DNA from: a virus
Lineage: Duplodnaviria > Heunggongvirae > Uroviricota > Caudoviricetes
Virus record (IMG/VR): IMGVR_UViG_2778261177_000009
Location: 1-30,130 of that record
Length of the DNA stretch: 30,130 bases
Strand: one strand, 5' to 3'
A program made the translations under genes and the position numbers. The notes below the pieces were generated by a model. That model searched no databases. It was not told where the DNA came from and saw nothing but the letters and a program-made list of their open reading frames with translations. This document shows, one piece after another, positions 7,474 to 16,324 of the stretch; the stretch's first letter is position 1, and each line of letters opens with the position of its first letter.

Positions 7474-8130
7474 ATGAACGCTCAACTCATCCCCGTATTC
7501 AACGGCACTATATCTAACGAAACAGCCCTACTTTGTAATGCCCGCGATCTGCACGCTTTTTTAGGTGTTAAAAAGGTGTTTGCAGCATGGATTACAAATC
7601 GCATTTCAGAATACGAATTCATTGAAAATCAAGACTATATTTTGCTTTCCAATTTGGGAAAGCAAACATCTGGTAGAGGCGGCCACAACCGCAAAGAGTA
7701 CCACCTCACCCTCGATACAGCCAAAGAGCTGGCAATGGTCGAGCGTAACGAAAAAGGTCGCCAGGTGCGACGCTACTTCATTGAATGCGAGAAACGTTTA
7801 AGACAACAAGAAACAAAAGTGGAGAACGTCTTGTCAGGCTTCATGCCCGCCATTATGGAGGCGATCAAGCTGGAAGACAAAAAAGAATACAGCGCCCCAC
7901 TGAAGCCCGGCTACCGCAGCCTGATTCACTCGCCGTCTGGTGTTCTCGGCCTGACGGAGAACTCACTGCTGATGAATCTGCTGAACCAGTTACAGGACGA
8001 CGGGCACGACGTATCGGGCGCGGCGGCGGAACTGACCACCATGTTCTGCTACATCGTCGGTGTGAGCAAATGCCTGCGTAATATCCAGACACACGCGGAA
8101 TACATCAACGACAAGGCAGGGTTCTTCTGA
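7474..8130 (+). CDS. phage antirepressor-like protein, AntA-type N-terminal domain plus C-terminal domain paralogous to 6066..6323
   Basis: GGAG RBS; N-terminal region ([33 protein letters not shown] ... [35 protein letters not shown]) matches the AntA/AntB antirepressor domain from recall; C-terminal about 80 aa aligns with the LexA-box gene product. Confidence 0.7.
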   Translation: MNAQLIPVFNGTISNETALLCNARDLHAFLGVKKVFAAWITNRISEYEFIENQDYILLSNLGKQTSGRGGHNRKEYHLTLDTAKELAMVERNEKGRQVRRYFIECEKRLRQQETKVENVLSGFMPAIMEAIKLEDKKEYSAPLKPGYRSLIHSPSGVLGLTENSLLMNLLNQLQDDGHDVSGAAAELTTMFCYIVGVSKCLRNIQTHAEYINDKAGFF

Positions 8131-8138
8131 CTGGCGGT

Positions 8139-8160
8139 GGCACAGGGATGTGCCTTTAAA
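8139..8160 (+). terminator. hairpin terminator after the antirepressor-like gene
   Basis: Stem GGCACA / TGTGCC with loop GGGA followed by TTTAAATAATT. Confidence 0.4.
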
Positions 8161-8201
8161 TAATTCTGTACAGATTGCAGACTGGGGGTGAATAGCGTAC
8201 T

Positions 8202-8218
8202 ATTACCTTAAAGGTAAA
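8202..8218. promoter_or_regulatory. TTACC-N5-GGTAA palindrome, site C (ATTACCTTAAAGGTAAA)
   Basis: Core 15-mer identical to site B; 42 bp upstream of the start of the two-gene operon at 8260. Confidence 0.5.
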
Positions 8219-8259
8219 CCTGTTTTTATTTTATACCTGTAACTTACCGGAGATTAAAG

Positions 8260-8586
8260 ATGACAAAACTTGGATTCGTGATGAGAGGTCCGGTAAGAAG
8301 CGGAACTCATGCAAAGCGTAGCAAGAGTCGTATTTTTACTGGTAAGGTTGTAGCACGTAAATCAGCTATTGGCTCGTTCAATAGTGAAAATGCGGCATTG
8401 CGCCATATTTTTATCAGCACAAAGCCAAGAGCATCCGCTGATGTGCATACAATGTCTATTCCTATCACAAAGAGTATAAAGCGGATAAAAAAGCTCTCAT
8501 CTGCAGAATCAAAAGAGATATCTTTCCGCCAGCTTAACTCATTAGAAACGCATATGAAGGAAGAGGAATTCGATGTTTTTGAGTGA
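8260..8586 (+). CDS. small basic protein, first gene of a two-gene operon (candidate antitoxin/regulator)
   Basis: GGAG RBS 7 nt upstream; Lys/Arg-rich N-terminal half and acidic C-terminus (EEEFDVFE); overlaps the downstream gene by 14 nt; AT-rich. Confidence 0.45.
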   Translation: MTKLGFVMRGPVRSGTHAKRSKSRIFTGKVVARKSAIGSFNSENAALRHIFISTKPRASADVHTMSIPITKSIKRIKKLSSAESKEISFRQLNSLETHMKEEEFDVFE

Positions 8587-9085
8587 GTATAGCGGGAAGG
8601 TTATACCTACTGGTGAGTTTAAAACTGATGACTTTCTGATTTCGCTAAAAGATGCTTTTAAACAACACTGGCGTCATGGTCATCATCCTGATCTGGGAAA
8701 AGATACTCTTTTTGAAAGACCAGACGAAGTATTAGGTTTCCATCTCAGAAAGGTTCATGTCAATATTGGTGAATATGCATCATATTCATACTCATGTACT
8801 GAACAGTGTTGGGATGAGTGGTCATACGGATTGATTGATGAACAAGGAAATTACAGGCCAAAACCAACCAGTAACGCATATCTCATATATGCAGTCAATG
8901 AAATAAGAGATGCAGCCTTACTAGCTTATTGGGACCCGCCCGCACACACCAAAGCTAACGCAAAAGTTTGGATGGATTCCGTATTGAATTTCACAAAATT
9001 ATTTCATGAACGAACGAATACAGCTCCACTTAGTAGAAATGTTTATCCGTGGGATTATTCGTACAAATCCAAAAAGCCTGCATAG
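8573..9085 (+). CDS. hypothetical protein, weak collinear similarity to YafO-family toxins (candidate toxin or abortive-infection effector)
   Basis: AGGAAGAGGAA RBS inside the upstream gene; by eye three collinear blocks resemble E. coli YafO (GKDTLF vs GRDALY; RKVHVNI vs ERVAHIH; AYLIYA..AALLAY vs AHLVYC..AWLLIA); His-rich motif HWRHGHHPD; AT-rich. Confidence 0.5.
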   Translation: MFLSEYSGKVIPTGEFKTDDFLISLKDAFKQHWRHGHHPDLGKDTLFERPDEVLGFHLRKVHVNIGEYASYSYSCTEQCWDEWSYGLIDEQGNYRPKPTSNAYLIYAVNEIRDAALLAYWDPPAHTKANAKVWMDSVLNFTKLFHERTNTAPLSRNVYPWDYSYKSKKPA

Positions 9086-9166
9086 TAGTTTTTTATGGAC
9101 GAAACAAAAGTCAGTGCTACACTCATTGACGCCACATTGAGGTGGCTTATAGATGGAAATTTCACA

Positions 9167-9328
9167 ATGAAAAAAGCATTTGCTGCACTGTTCGTTTTAT
9201 TGTCTCTGGTAGCTTCAACTCAGGCCTTTGCTGGTCGTTGTCAGCACGACAGCGACACTGCTGCTGACGGCTCCCGCTGCGGTGGGCGTTCTGCGGATTC
9301 CCGCCCGGGCGGCGGTGGCATTCGTTAA
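9167..9328 (+). CDS. possible small secreted Cys-containing peptide
   Basis: Internal Met begins a classic signal peptide MKKAFAALFVLLSLVASTQAFA followed by a 31-aa Gly/Arg/Asp-rich peptide with two Cys; weak RBS and no plus-strand terminator, so coding status is uncertain. Confidence 0.25.
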   Translation: MKKAFAALFVLLSLVASTQAFAGRCQHDSDTAADGSRCGGRSADSRPGGGGIR

Positions 9329-9349
9329 AACAAGGCCGCGAAAGCGGCC
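9323..9349 (-). terminator. rho-independent terminator ending the minus-strand ejection-gene operon
   Basis: Stem GGCCGC / GCGGCC (9334..9349) with loop GAAA; on the minus strand it is followed by TTGTTTTAA. Confidence 0.5.
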
Positions 9350-9350
9350 T

Positions 9351-9362
9351 GTGACATGTCAC
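9351..9362. repeat. 12-bp perfect palindrome GTGACATGTCAC, copy 1
   Basis: Exact 12-mer also at 26569..26580 and 28870..28881; here it abuts the terminator hairpin. Confidence 0.6.
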
Positions 9363-9369
9363 GCTCACG

Positions 9370-9510
9370 TTATGACAAGCCTATGTACCCTGCTACACCA
9401 GATAATATCAAAATAACTGCAACAGCAAATTCGCCATCGTCAATGATACATTTGCGGTTCATAACGCCAAGTGCAACAAGCGCAAACACAACAAGAATAA
9501 AAGCAATCAT
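9370..9510 (-). CDS. unannotated 46-aa two-helix membrane peptide coupled to the upstream ejection gene
   Basis: Hand translation: MIAFILVVFALVALGVMNRKCIIDDGEFAVAVILILSGVAGYIGLS; AAGGATGAG RBS; ATG 9 nt after the TAA stop of the 824-aa gene; followed by the GTGACATGTCAC palindrome and the terminator. Too short for the ORF track. Confidence 0.4.
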   Translation of the reverse strand: MIAFILVVFALVALGVMNRKCIIDDGEFAVAVILILSGVAGYIGLS

Positions 9511-9519
9511 TTCTCATCC

Positions 9520-11994
9520 TTATTGCGGAGTGACATCCTGTGGTCGCCACCAGTATGTCTGGTTAAACTCTTTCTTCGAACGTTGCTCCATTTTACGCAA
9601 ATAACCTGGTGAAAAATACTCCTGCATCTGGTTAAAGATCATGTGATCGAGAGCCGCCTTTAAGTACCAGAGATTCGCACCTGGCATCAGACCTTTCCCC
9701 AGCTTAACCAGATCACCACCAGTCTGCTCATTCTTCCCTTCCACAGCATTTAACGGTATGCCCTGAGCAATCTTCACTACGTCATCAACCAGACCAGCTA
9801 CCGGGCCAAGCATCGACGCCAGCGCGCCGCTTCCGTACCTAGTGTGATCTGACAATAAAAAGTCACCATAAAGGCCAAGGCCACCGCCTTTCAGTAACGC
9901 ACCAAGCCAGAATTTTGCGGAATCATCACCGGTCATATCACGCGGGTTCCTGCCTGATGCCATATCGTTTAGTTGCTGCGACAGCGCGCCAAGGATGGTT
10001 GTGCTGGCAATAAACGTCGCAATGTATGCCGCACGACCACCAGCAGACGGCATACCCATAGCGCGCGACCAGTGACGCATGACAACGGAGATCGGAAACG
10101 ACTTAAACAGAAACACACTGCGGGTTAACTCACCTTTCCATGTTCCGCGCTGGATTCCTGAACCAGTAACCATCTGCTCACGCGCACCAGGAGTGATGAC
10201 CGCCATATCCACTTCTTCGGTCACCGCTCCGAGCAGCTTACGCATCGCTTCAAACTTCACGCGTTCCGGTTCTCCCAAGTGCTCTACAGCAGCATCAGGA
10301 ATACGCATGATGCTCTCCGGCGTAAGCATCGTATCGTTACCCTTTCCCCAGTCCTCCTGTTGCGCCAGTTTCCACACACTCCAGTCTGTATCTGTGATCC
10401 CCTTACTTTTCAGTATGCGGAAATCTGCGTCATCGAGACTGCGAAGATCCGGTGTTCTGGTGACAACTTCGCCCAGGCTACCCATCATGGTGACACCATA
10501 GGCACGCTTATGCGCATCTGACCACGCTGTCAGGCCGCTGGCACGCATTACAGCCGTAGCCGCCCAACGGGACACAGAAGGCCCCATATTGTCCATCGCC
10601 CAGCGGTTAACGCTGCCAAGCAGAGATTCCATTGCCAGACCAGCACGACGGGCCCGCGCCAGTTCTGTGCGGTTCGCCGGATTCATCGCCTCTAACTGAT
10701 TCCTGAATAACTGGTTCATTGGCAGGTTGGTAACCTTCGCAGACAGATACATGGTTCCAAGATCAGAGAACGATGACAGCAACGCGGATCCGAGTCTGCT
10801 GGCAACCAGCCAGTTGCGGATATTGTCAGACCATCGCGCGATGTGCGGATTCGCTACAGGCTGTGTCTTTCCGGAAATAAAGTTGTACAGATTCTCTGTG
10901 TTGTTCGCCAGCCGCTCGACTTTACCGGTTTTACTCGGGTTAGCTGTTGCCGTTTCTGCCTTCACCTGATCAAGAAGAGAGCGGAAAACATGATCGGGGT
11001 TTGGGCCATATGTTTCCACCAGTGCAATATCTTTACTGATACCTTCCAGGTGACCGACCATGATTTCCCATAGAGAGCGATCGCCATAAAGTTGCTGATA
11101 TTGCAGATAGGAATCTGCATCTTTGAAATGTATCTGTCGTGATGCATTACCACGGTTAGCACGTGCGCCGGAAATTCGCATTCCGGTATCAGTAAGCTTA
11201 TTCAGCCCACCAGTAGCGATCGTGTTATAAGCCTCTCCAAGAAATGCAGACAACTCGGCATCGTTCATCAGTTGTCCATCGGCTCGGGTATAATATTTGC
11301 GATCCAGCTTACCTATAACATCGCTAACCCACTTATCCTTTGATACCGCCCCAACCTTTTCCATAGAATGATGTTGAGGTATTCCCCAGTTTTCGAGATA
11401 GCCAATGTCCCCACCAGCATCATTAAACCGGCGGCGCAGCAGCTCTGTAACTTCTCTCCACGCCTTAGCACCTTTTCTTGCTTTAGCATTGCCAGTATTT
11501 TGCCCCCGCATTTCATATACCAGGTCACGTACGCCCGCTTCATCTTCAAACAGACCAAAAAAGCGAGGATCAACTGCTTCGAATGCCTCCTGCAATTGAC
11601 TCAATGCATAATCACGAGTGGCTTTTGTTCTGGATTCAACAGAGAGGAAATTCGATTTACCGTCTGCATTAAAAGCAATAGTACGGTTAAGAGCGCCAAG
11701 TTTCCCATCAGCCCCTTGATAGCTATTGATAAATTTATCCAATCTCTGACGTGCGGCTATAGTGAGAGCCACACGACGTTTCTTTAATGCCGCTTCTCGC
11801 TGTAATTCTTCAGATGCCAATTGTGCTGCACGATACAACCGTTCTGATTCGGACAGTTGTCGCCACGACATCGGGTCATCACGAGCAATGGAGCGCATAT
11901 TTCGATAAATGCGGTCTTCAATGTTCTGTATTTCTCGCGCCGTTAACGTGCGCTGCGCCGCCTGCTGGACCGCTTGTATACATTCCTGTCTCAT
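9520..11994 (-). CDS. large internal virion / DNA-ejection protein
   Basis: 824 aa, last of three consecutive very large minus-strand genes between the head-tail genes and the tailspike; assignment by size and position only. Confidence 0.55.
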   Translation of the reverse strand: MRQECIQAVQQAAQRTLTAREIQNIEDRIYRNMRSIARDDPMSWRQLSESERLYRAAQLASEELQREAALKKRRVALTIAARQRLDKFINSYQGADGKLGALNRTIAFNADGKSNFLSVESRTKATRDYALSQLQEAFEAVDPRFFGLFEDEAGVRDLVYEMRGQNTGNAKARKGAKAWREVTELLRRRFNDAGGDIGYLENWGIPQHHSMEKVGAVSKDKWVSDVIGKLDRKYYTRADGQLMNDAELSAFLGEAYNTIATGGLNKLTDTGMRISGARANRGNASRQIHFKDADSYLQYQQLYGDRSLWEIMVGHLEGISKDIALVETYGPNPDHVFRSLLDQVKAETATANPSKTGKVERLANNTENLYNFISGKTQPVANPHIARWSDNIRNWLVASRLGSALLSSFSDLGTMYLSAKVTNLPMNQLFRNQLEAMNPANRTELARARRAGLAMESLLGSVNRWAMDNMGPSVSRWAATAVMRASGLTAWSDAHKRAYGVTMMGSLGEVVTRTPDLRSLDDADFRILKSKGITDTDWSVWKLAQQEDWGKGNDTMLTPESIMRIPDAAVEHLGEPERVKFEAMRKLLGAVTEEVDMAVITPGAREQMVTGSGIQRGTWKGELTRSVFLFKSFPISVVMRHWSRAMGMPSAGGRAAYIATFIASTTILGALSQQLNDMASGRNPRDMTGDDSAKFWLGALLKGGGLGLYGDFLLSDHTRYGSGALASMLGPVAGLVDDVVKIAQGIPLNAVEGKNEQTGGDLVKLGKGLMPGANLWYLKAALDHMIFNQMQEYFSPGYLRKMEQRSKKEFNQTYWWRPQDVTPQ

Positions 11995-11999
11995 TTAAT

Positions 12000-13802
12000 T
12001 TAACCTCTCAAGAAACACGCCACAGCAACATCAAACAGGCTGGAATCCTGTATTGCCTGCTCACTTTCCCTGTTCGCTTCATCCAGTACTTCACGCGCAC
12101 TGCGCGATTGTGGATTACCATCATCATCCAGCACGGTGATTATCATGTCCGGAGATTCAAGCAGCGAGTCTTCAGCTATACGCAGATCAATATCTCCTGC
12201 CGGATCTGCCGTCATTTTTTGTTCTGTCTGTTGCAATATCTTACCGGGCTCAAAAGGAGCTACTTCGTCTGGCGTCCTGACCTCTGCTGTTTTATAGAAT
12301 GAAACAGCCTGAGCATTAAGTTCACTTTCTGCCTGCTGTCGTCGTGCCAGTTCTGCTCGAGCTTCAAAAAACTGACCGCCAGGCTCATGCGGTGCCAACG
12401 CGTTACGGGAAAATTCCAGGCGCTCTTGTGCCTGCCGGATTCGTTGGTCAATATCGCGAAGTCTGACCTGTTTATCTGATCGAGCACGAGACAAAGCTTT
12501 ACCGCTACCGGTTGGCTCTTCTGCAAGAATTTGTGCGCGCTGTTCAGTGAGATTTTCAATAATTCGTTGGCTATTAGCGATTTCAGACTGGTAAACCTGT
12601 CTATCGCCACGCGGCAAAAGCTGCGCGGCCTGTTCTTCAAGCAACCGATTTTCTATAGCGCGCGCCGTTACTCCATCATCTACAGATGACAGAGCCTCAT
12701 TAACTGCCTGAGACAGCAGACTCTTGCGCCCAGGAATTTCACTGAAAGATGCAGACTCAACAATGCTGGCAACGTCTACAGGTCTCCCCTGGCTAACATC
12801 AGACATAGCTTTTCGCAGAGCCTGAATGTGAGAATTGCGCGAAAGCACGTTGATCGGCACGCCGGGCGCAATATCAATTTCAGCATGATGAGCGGCATTC
12901 GCCGCCAGTGCAGCATCAACATCAACTGGTGAAAAATTTGGTGCGCTTGTAGACTCGCCGCGAGAGTTCATAAATCTGCCGACACCACCAAACGCCACCC
13001 CAAGAACAGCATCAATAGCAATTGCCTGTCGATCCAACACATCATACTGGTTAGCCATTTCGCTATAGCCACCATCACGAAGCGTTTTTGCAGTAAGCCC
13101 ACGCTGTGCCATACCGAACGCAATATTTGTACCTGCGGCATAGGCAATATCTGGCGTTGCACGTACTGCTGTTGCTGCGGCGCGTCGCACTGAACTTTCA
13201 CCCGTCCGCGCAAGCTGGGCCGCTACACCTTCCGCCAGCGCACCACCAGCACGTAACCCGAGGCTCATAGGGATCAGTGTTCCGGCACCAGCAGTAATGC
13301 CCTGCACTAATCCCGCTTCCTGCGCCGTCCTGAAATCAACACCCTGTTCTGTCAGCCGTTCAAACTCAGAAAAACCCTGTAGCGAAGTTACCGCCGCTGC
13401 ACCTCCGACAGGACCACCGAGCGTTGTACCGACAACAGCCTGCCCGCCCATATCGAACAACCCATAAAGAACCTGCCCGGCGGTTCCGGTTGTCGCGGCA
13501 TCAGGCGTCAGCCGCTTAACCTGCTGCTCTGCTAGTTTTCTCTGCTCGGCAATGTATGAAACTGAAGTATCATTGAGCGAGGTGTTTTCGTTAACAAACT
13601 GAGCAATCGGGGATACGATTTTATCCATCCCTGCCCATAGCAACTGATCTGGCTTTGCCACCAGCCCGGAGTACAAACCAGACAATGCCGCTCCTACAGC
13701 ATTGTCGAAAAAACCAACATCGCTGTTAAAGCCAGCTGGATTTGATGCTGCTTCGTCAAGCTGCTGATTCTGGTTTACTGGATTAAGGCCAAAGTAACTC
13801 AT
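12000..13802 (-). CDS. internal virion / ejection protein (Gly/Ala-rich)
   Basis: 600 aa with a Gly/Ala-rich central region; start overlaps the stop of the upstream 837-aa gene. Confidence 0.55.
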   Translation of the reverse strand: MSYFGLNPVNQNQQLDEAASNPAGFNSDVGFFDNAVGAALSGLYSGLVAKPDQLLWAGMDKIVSPIAQFVNENTSLNDTSVSYIAEQRKLAEQQVKRLTPDAATTGTAGQVLYGLFDMGGQAVVGTTLGGPVGGAAAVTSLQGFSEFERLTEQGVDFRTAQEAGLVQGITAGAGTLIPMSLGLRAGGALAEGVAAQLARTGESSVRRAAATAVRATPDIAYAAGTNIAFGMAQRGLTAKTLRDGGYSEMANQYDVLDRQAIAIDAVLGVAFGGVGRFMNSRGESTSAPNFSPVDVDAALAANAAHHAEIDIAPGVPINVLSRNSHIQALRKAMSDVSQGRPVDVASIVESASFSEIPGRKSLLSQAVNEALSSVDDGVTARAIENRLLEEQAAQLLPRGDRQVYQSEIANSQRIIENLTEQRAQILAEEPTGSGKALSRARSDKQVRLRDIDQRIRQAQERLEFSRNALAPHEPGGQFFEARAELARRQQAESELNAQAVSFYKTAEVRTPDEVAPFEPGKILQQTEQKMTADPAGDIDLRIAEDSLLESPDMIITVLDDDGNPQSRSAREVLDEANRESEQAIQDSSLFDVAVACFLRG

Positions 13803-16312
13803 TGCGGAATATCTCCGGAGAATCTCTGACGCTTCTGTGTCAGATTAAGAACAACGGGAGAACCATCATCTTTCAGCAGATAACCAGTACCAAGTTTCAC
13901 CAGGTACTGACTATCGCCGTAACTTTGCAAACCATACTGACCAGGCGGTGTTTTTATCCCGGTGCCGACAACTTGTTCATTCCAAGCCTGATTAACCTGC
14001 TTATCGAATTGCTCTGCAGACATTCCCCACGGCAAAAGGACATTCCCCATTCCGTTATAGTCATGCACGCCACCTGTAGCTACGTTAACAGCCTGTTTCC
14101 AGATATCAGTGTCAATTTCGCCTGATATCACGCCTTTTTTCGCCATCACACCAGCGTAATAATCCTTTGCGATCTCGTATGCCATTGATGCTCCCTGAGC
14201 GTCACCAGCAAATGCATCCTTCACCATGTCAGAAAACTCAAGGCGAAGATCAGCATCTTTAGGCATCGGAATACCTTTCGCATCATCAGTACCTTTACGA
14301 GCCGCCGCGCCAGCAAGAATTGTCTGCGCAGCGGTTTCAGGAGACACGGAAACATCCGGATTAAACCAGTTTTTTTCTGCCAAAATACCACCAGGCTTAT
14401 CCATCAGTATCCCGGCAACGGCAGCAGATGGAGCGTTGGCACTGATCTGCTGTAGTGCTGACATATACACCTGCCCACCACCAGTACTCTGCCTGATGGT
14501 ATCGAGATATGCTGCCTGTTGGGAAACTGGAGCATCACGAAAGAAAACACCGATCTGATTGGCCTCGTCTTTGGAAAAGAACGTCAGTGGAGTGCCATAT
14601 GACTTAGCAAGGTCACTGACCTGAGCGGCACGCAAGGCAACACTCTGTCCAAAGTTATCCTTATTGCTCATGTCGATAGGCTTTGCCTGTCCGGCGGCAA
14701 GAGAAAACTGCACAGGATCCGATTGCCGCTGCTTTATCACCTGATTTGCAGCCGAAACAACGTTGCCATAAAGAGCTGCGCGTGCCGCATACCCCTCCCC
14801 TGTCTCACCAGTATCCGGGCGTAATTGCTCAACATATGCGGTAATGCTGCTTGTCGGCATGTTGCGGAAAGAGCCTATATACTGTCCGGCGATCTGCGTA
14901 TTTCTGAACTCGGTATATCGCAGGTTTCCTTCTCTGACGCCATAAGCTGCAATAAAATCATCCTCACCTGGTGGGTTAGGAAATTCAACGCCACGCATAT
15001 ACGCAGCCGTCGCATCGCGAACCTTGCTGTCAATTATCGTTTTATATTCAGCCTGCTGCTGCCGACGCAGTTGATCCGCCTGTCGCATAAAACTTGCCTG
15101 AGCCTCAGGAGATGCCGCATCGAATGCTGCATTACCGGTATAACGTTTGGTGTTGGTTGGAATTGTTGATAAACCAAGTGCTGCACTGACACCAGCAGTT
15201 AACTGCTGATCACTGTATGGCTGACTACCGTTCTCATGATGGATAATGGCTGCACAAAGCGCCTTCAGAGTATCAGGATTTGATGCATCAAGAGGCTCAT
15301 CAGCAGAAACGCCAAGTTGTTCGCACACTGCTTTGATATACGACATAGTGTCATTTTTATCAGTAGGCGGTGCCCAGCGATTAATTATCTCGCTGACGGT
15401 ATCAATACCCTGCCGCTGATACGACATCAGGTTCCGCCCTAATGCACGAATCCCGTGTTCAGGTGTTTCGAATTTAGCAAATCTACCATCATCACCGGTC
15501 TGGCCTACCCACGGATTAGTTTTGCTGTATTCGAGATTTCCGGGGTTATTGTTGCGTATGCCACGGACACGCTCGGAAGAGCCACTATCTGCTACAGCAC
15601 GGCGAGCTCCAGCAGCAGTATCACTTAACTCGCCATTACTTTGGATGAATGCGGTCGCATTGTTTGCCGACCACTGGGACAATGCTGCATCAGCAACCTT
15701 CTCTTTAAACTCGATTTTCTTGGCCTGTATTTGCTCGTCGCTCCAGCCATGTGCAGCACCGTACTCCTCAATTTGCTGGAAAGTTTGCTTATTAGCCAAT
15801 ACGTATGCGGCATTGTCGCCATACAATGCTGCGGCATTTTTACCATTGTTCAGCAGCGTCGCCTGAAACTGACCTTCTTCGTAGGCATTAATTTGCCCTA
15901 TCTCGTGCCGCCCGGCCTGCGTAGTGAACTGAATGCGCTGCTGCTGTGCCTGCTGCATGAAAGCATTACGAGCCTGTTCATCCGGCAGCGACATAGCCAG
16001 TTGCTCGACCTGGGCATCAAACTGCTGCGTATACTCCTGACCTTTTCCAATAGCATTTTTCCCTTTCAGGTTAAGCAAACCTGTTTCAGGGTTATTCAGC
16101 AGATCGCTGCTTATCTGGCTTAAGCTAAGAGAAGCATCCTGAGCCATAGCAACATTCGCACGCTGTTTTGCCTGCGCAATAATACCTGCATATTGCTCTG
16201 CAACGTCGCCAAGTACATCACCGACATTTGGTGTCTGAAACGATGAGAATCCCTGCGTCGAAATCCCTCTGCTCTGAACCTGACGGCCCGATGTTGTTGG
16301 TACAACTGGCAT
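13799..16312 (-). CDS. large internal virion / ejection protein, possibly with a cell-wall-degrading domain
   Basis: 837 aa; contains a motif RGIRNNNPGNLEY recalled from virion-associated peptidoglycan hydrolase-like proteins. Domain call is low confidence. Confidence 0.55.
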   Translation of the reverse strand: MPVVPTTSGRQVQSRGISTQGFSSFQTPNVGDVLGDVAEQYAGIIAQAKQRANVAMAQDASLSLSQISSDLLNNPETGLLNLKGKNAIGKGQEYTQQFDAQVEQLAMSLPDEQARNAFMQQAQQQRIQFTTQAGRHEIGQINAYEEGQFQATLLNNGKNAAALYGDNAAYVLANKQTFQQIEEYGAAHGWSDEQIQAKKIEFKEKVADAALSQWSANNATAFIQSNGELSDTAAGARRAVADSGSSERVRGIRNNNPGNLEYSKTNPWVGQTGDDGRFAKFETPEHGIRALGRNLMSYQRQGIDTVSEIINRWAPPTDKNDTMSYIKAVCEQLGVSADEPLDASNPDTLKALCAAIIHHENGSQPYSDQQLTAGVSAALGLSTIPTNTKRYTGNAAFDAASPEAQASFMRQADQLRRQQQAEYKTIIDSKVRDATAAYMRGVEFPNPPGEDDFIAAYGVREGNLRYTEFRNTQIAGQYIGSFRNMPTSSITAYVEQLRPDTGETGEGYAARAALYGNVVSAANQVIKQRQSDPVQFSLAAGQAKPIDMSNKDNFGQSVALRAAQVSDLAKSYGTPLTFFSKDEANQIGVFFRDAPVSQQAAYLDTIRQSTGGGQVYMSALQQISANAPSAAVAGILMDKPGGILAEKNWFNPDVSVSPETAAQTILAGAAARKGTDDAKGIPMPKDADLRLEFSDMVKDAFAGDAQGASMAYEIAKDYYAGVMAKKGVISGEIDTDIWKQAVNVATGGVHDYNGMGNVLLPWGMSAEQFDKQVNQAWNEQVVGTGIKTPPGQYGLQSYGDSQYLVKLGTGYLLKDDGSPVVLNLTQKRQRFSGDIPQ

Positions 16313-16324
16313 CTTATTATCCCC

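Noticed and set aside
9350-9363. GTGACATGTCAC as a CRP site
   Set aside because: The CRP consensus is TGTGA-N6-TCACA; here the half-sites are separated by only 2-4 bp, so the spacing does not fit.
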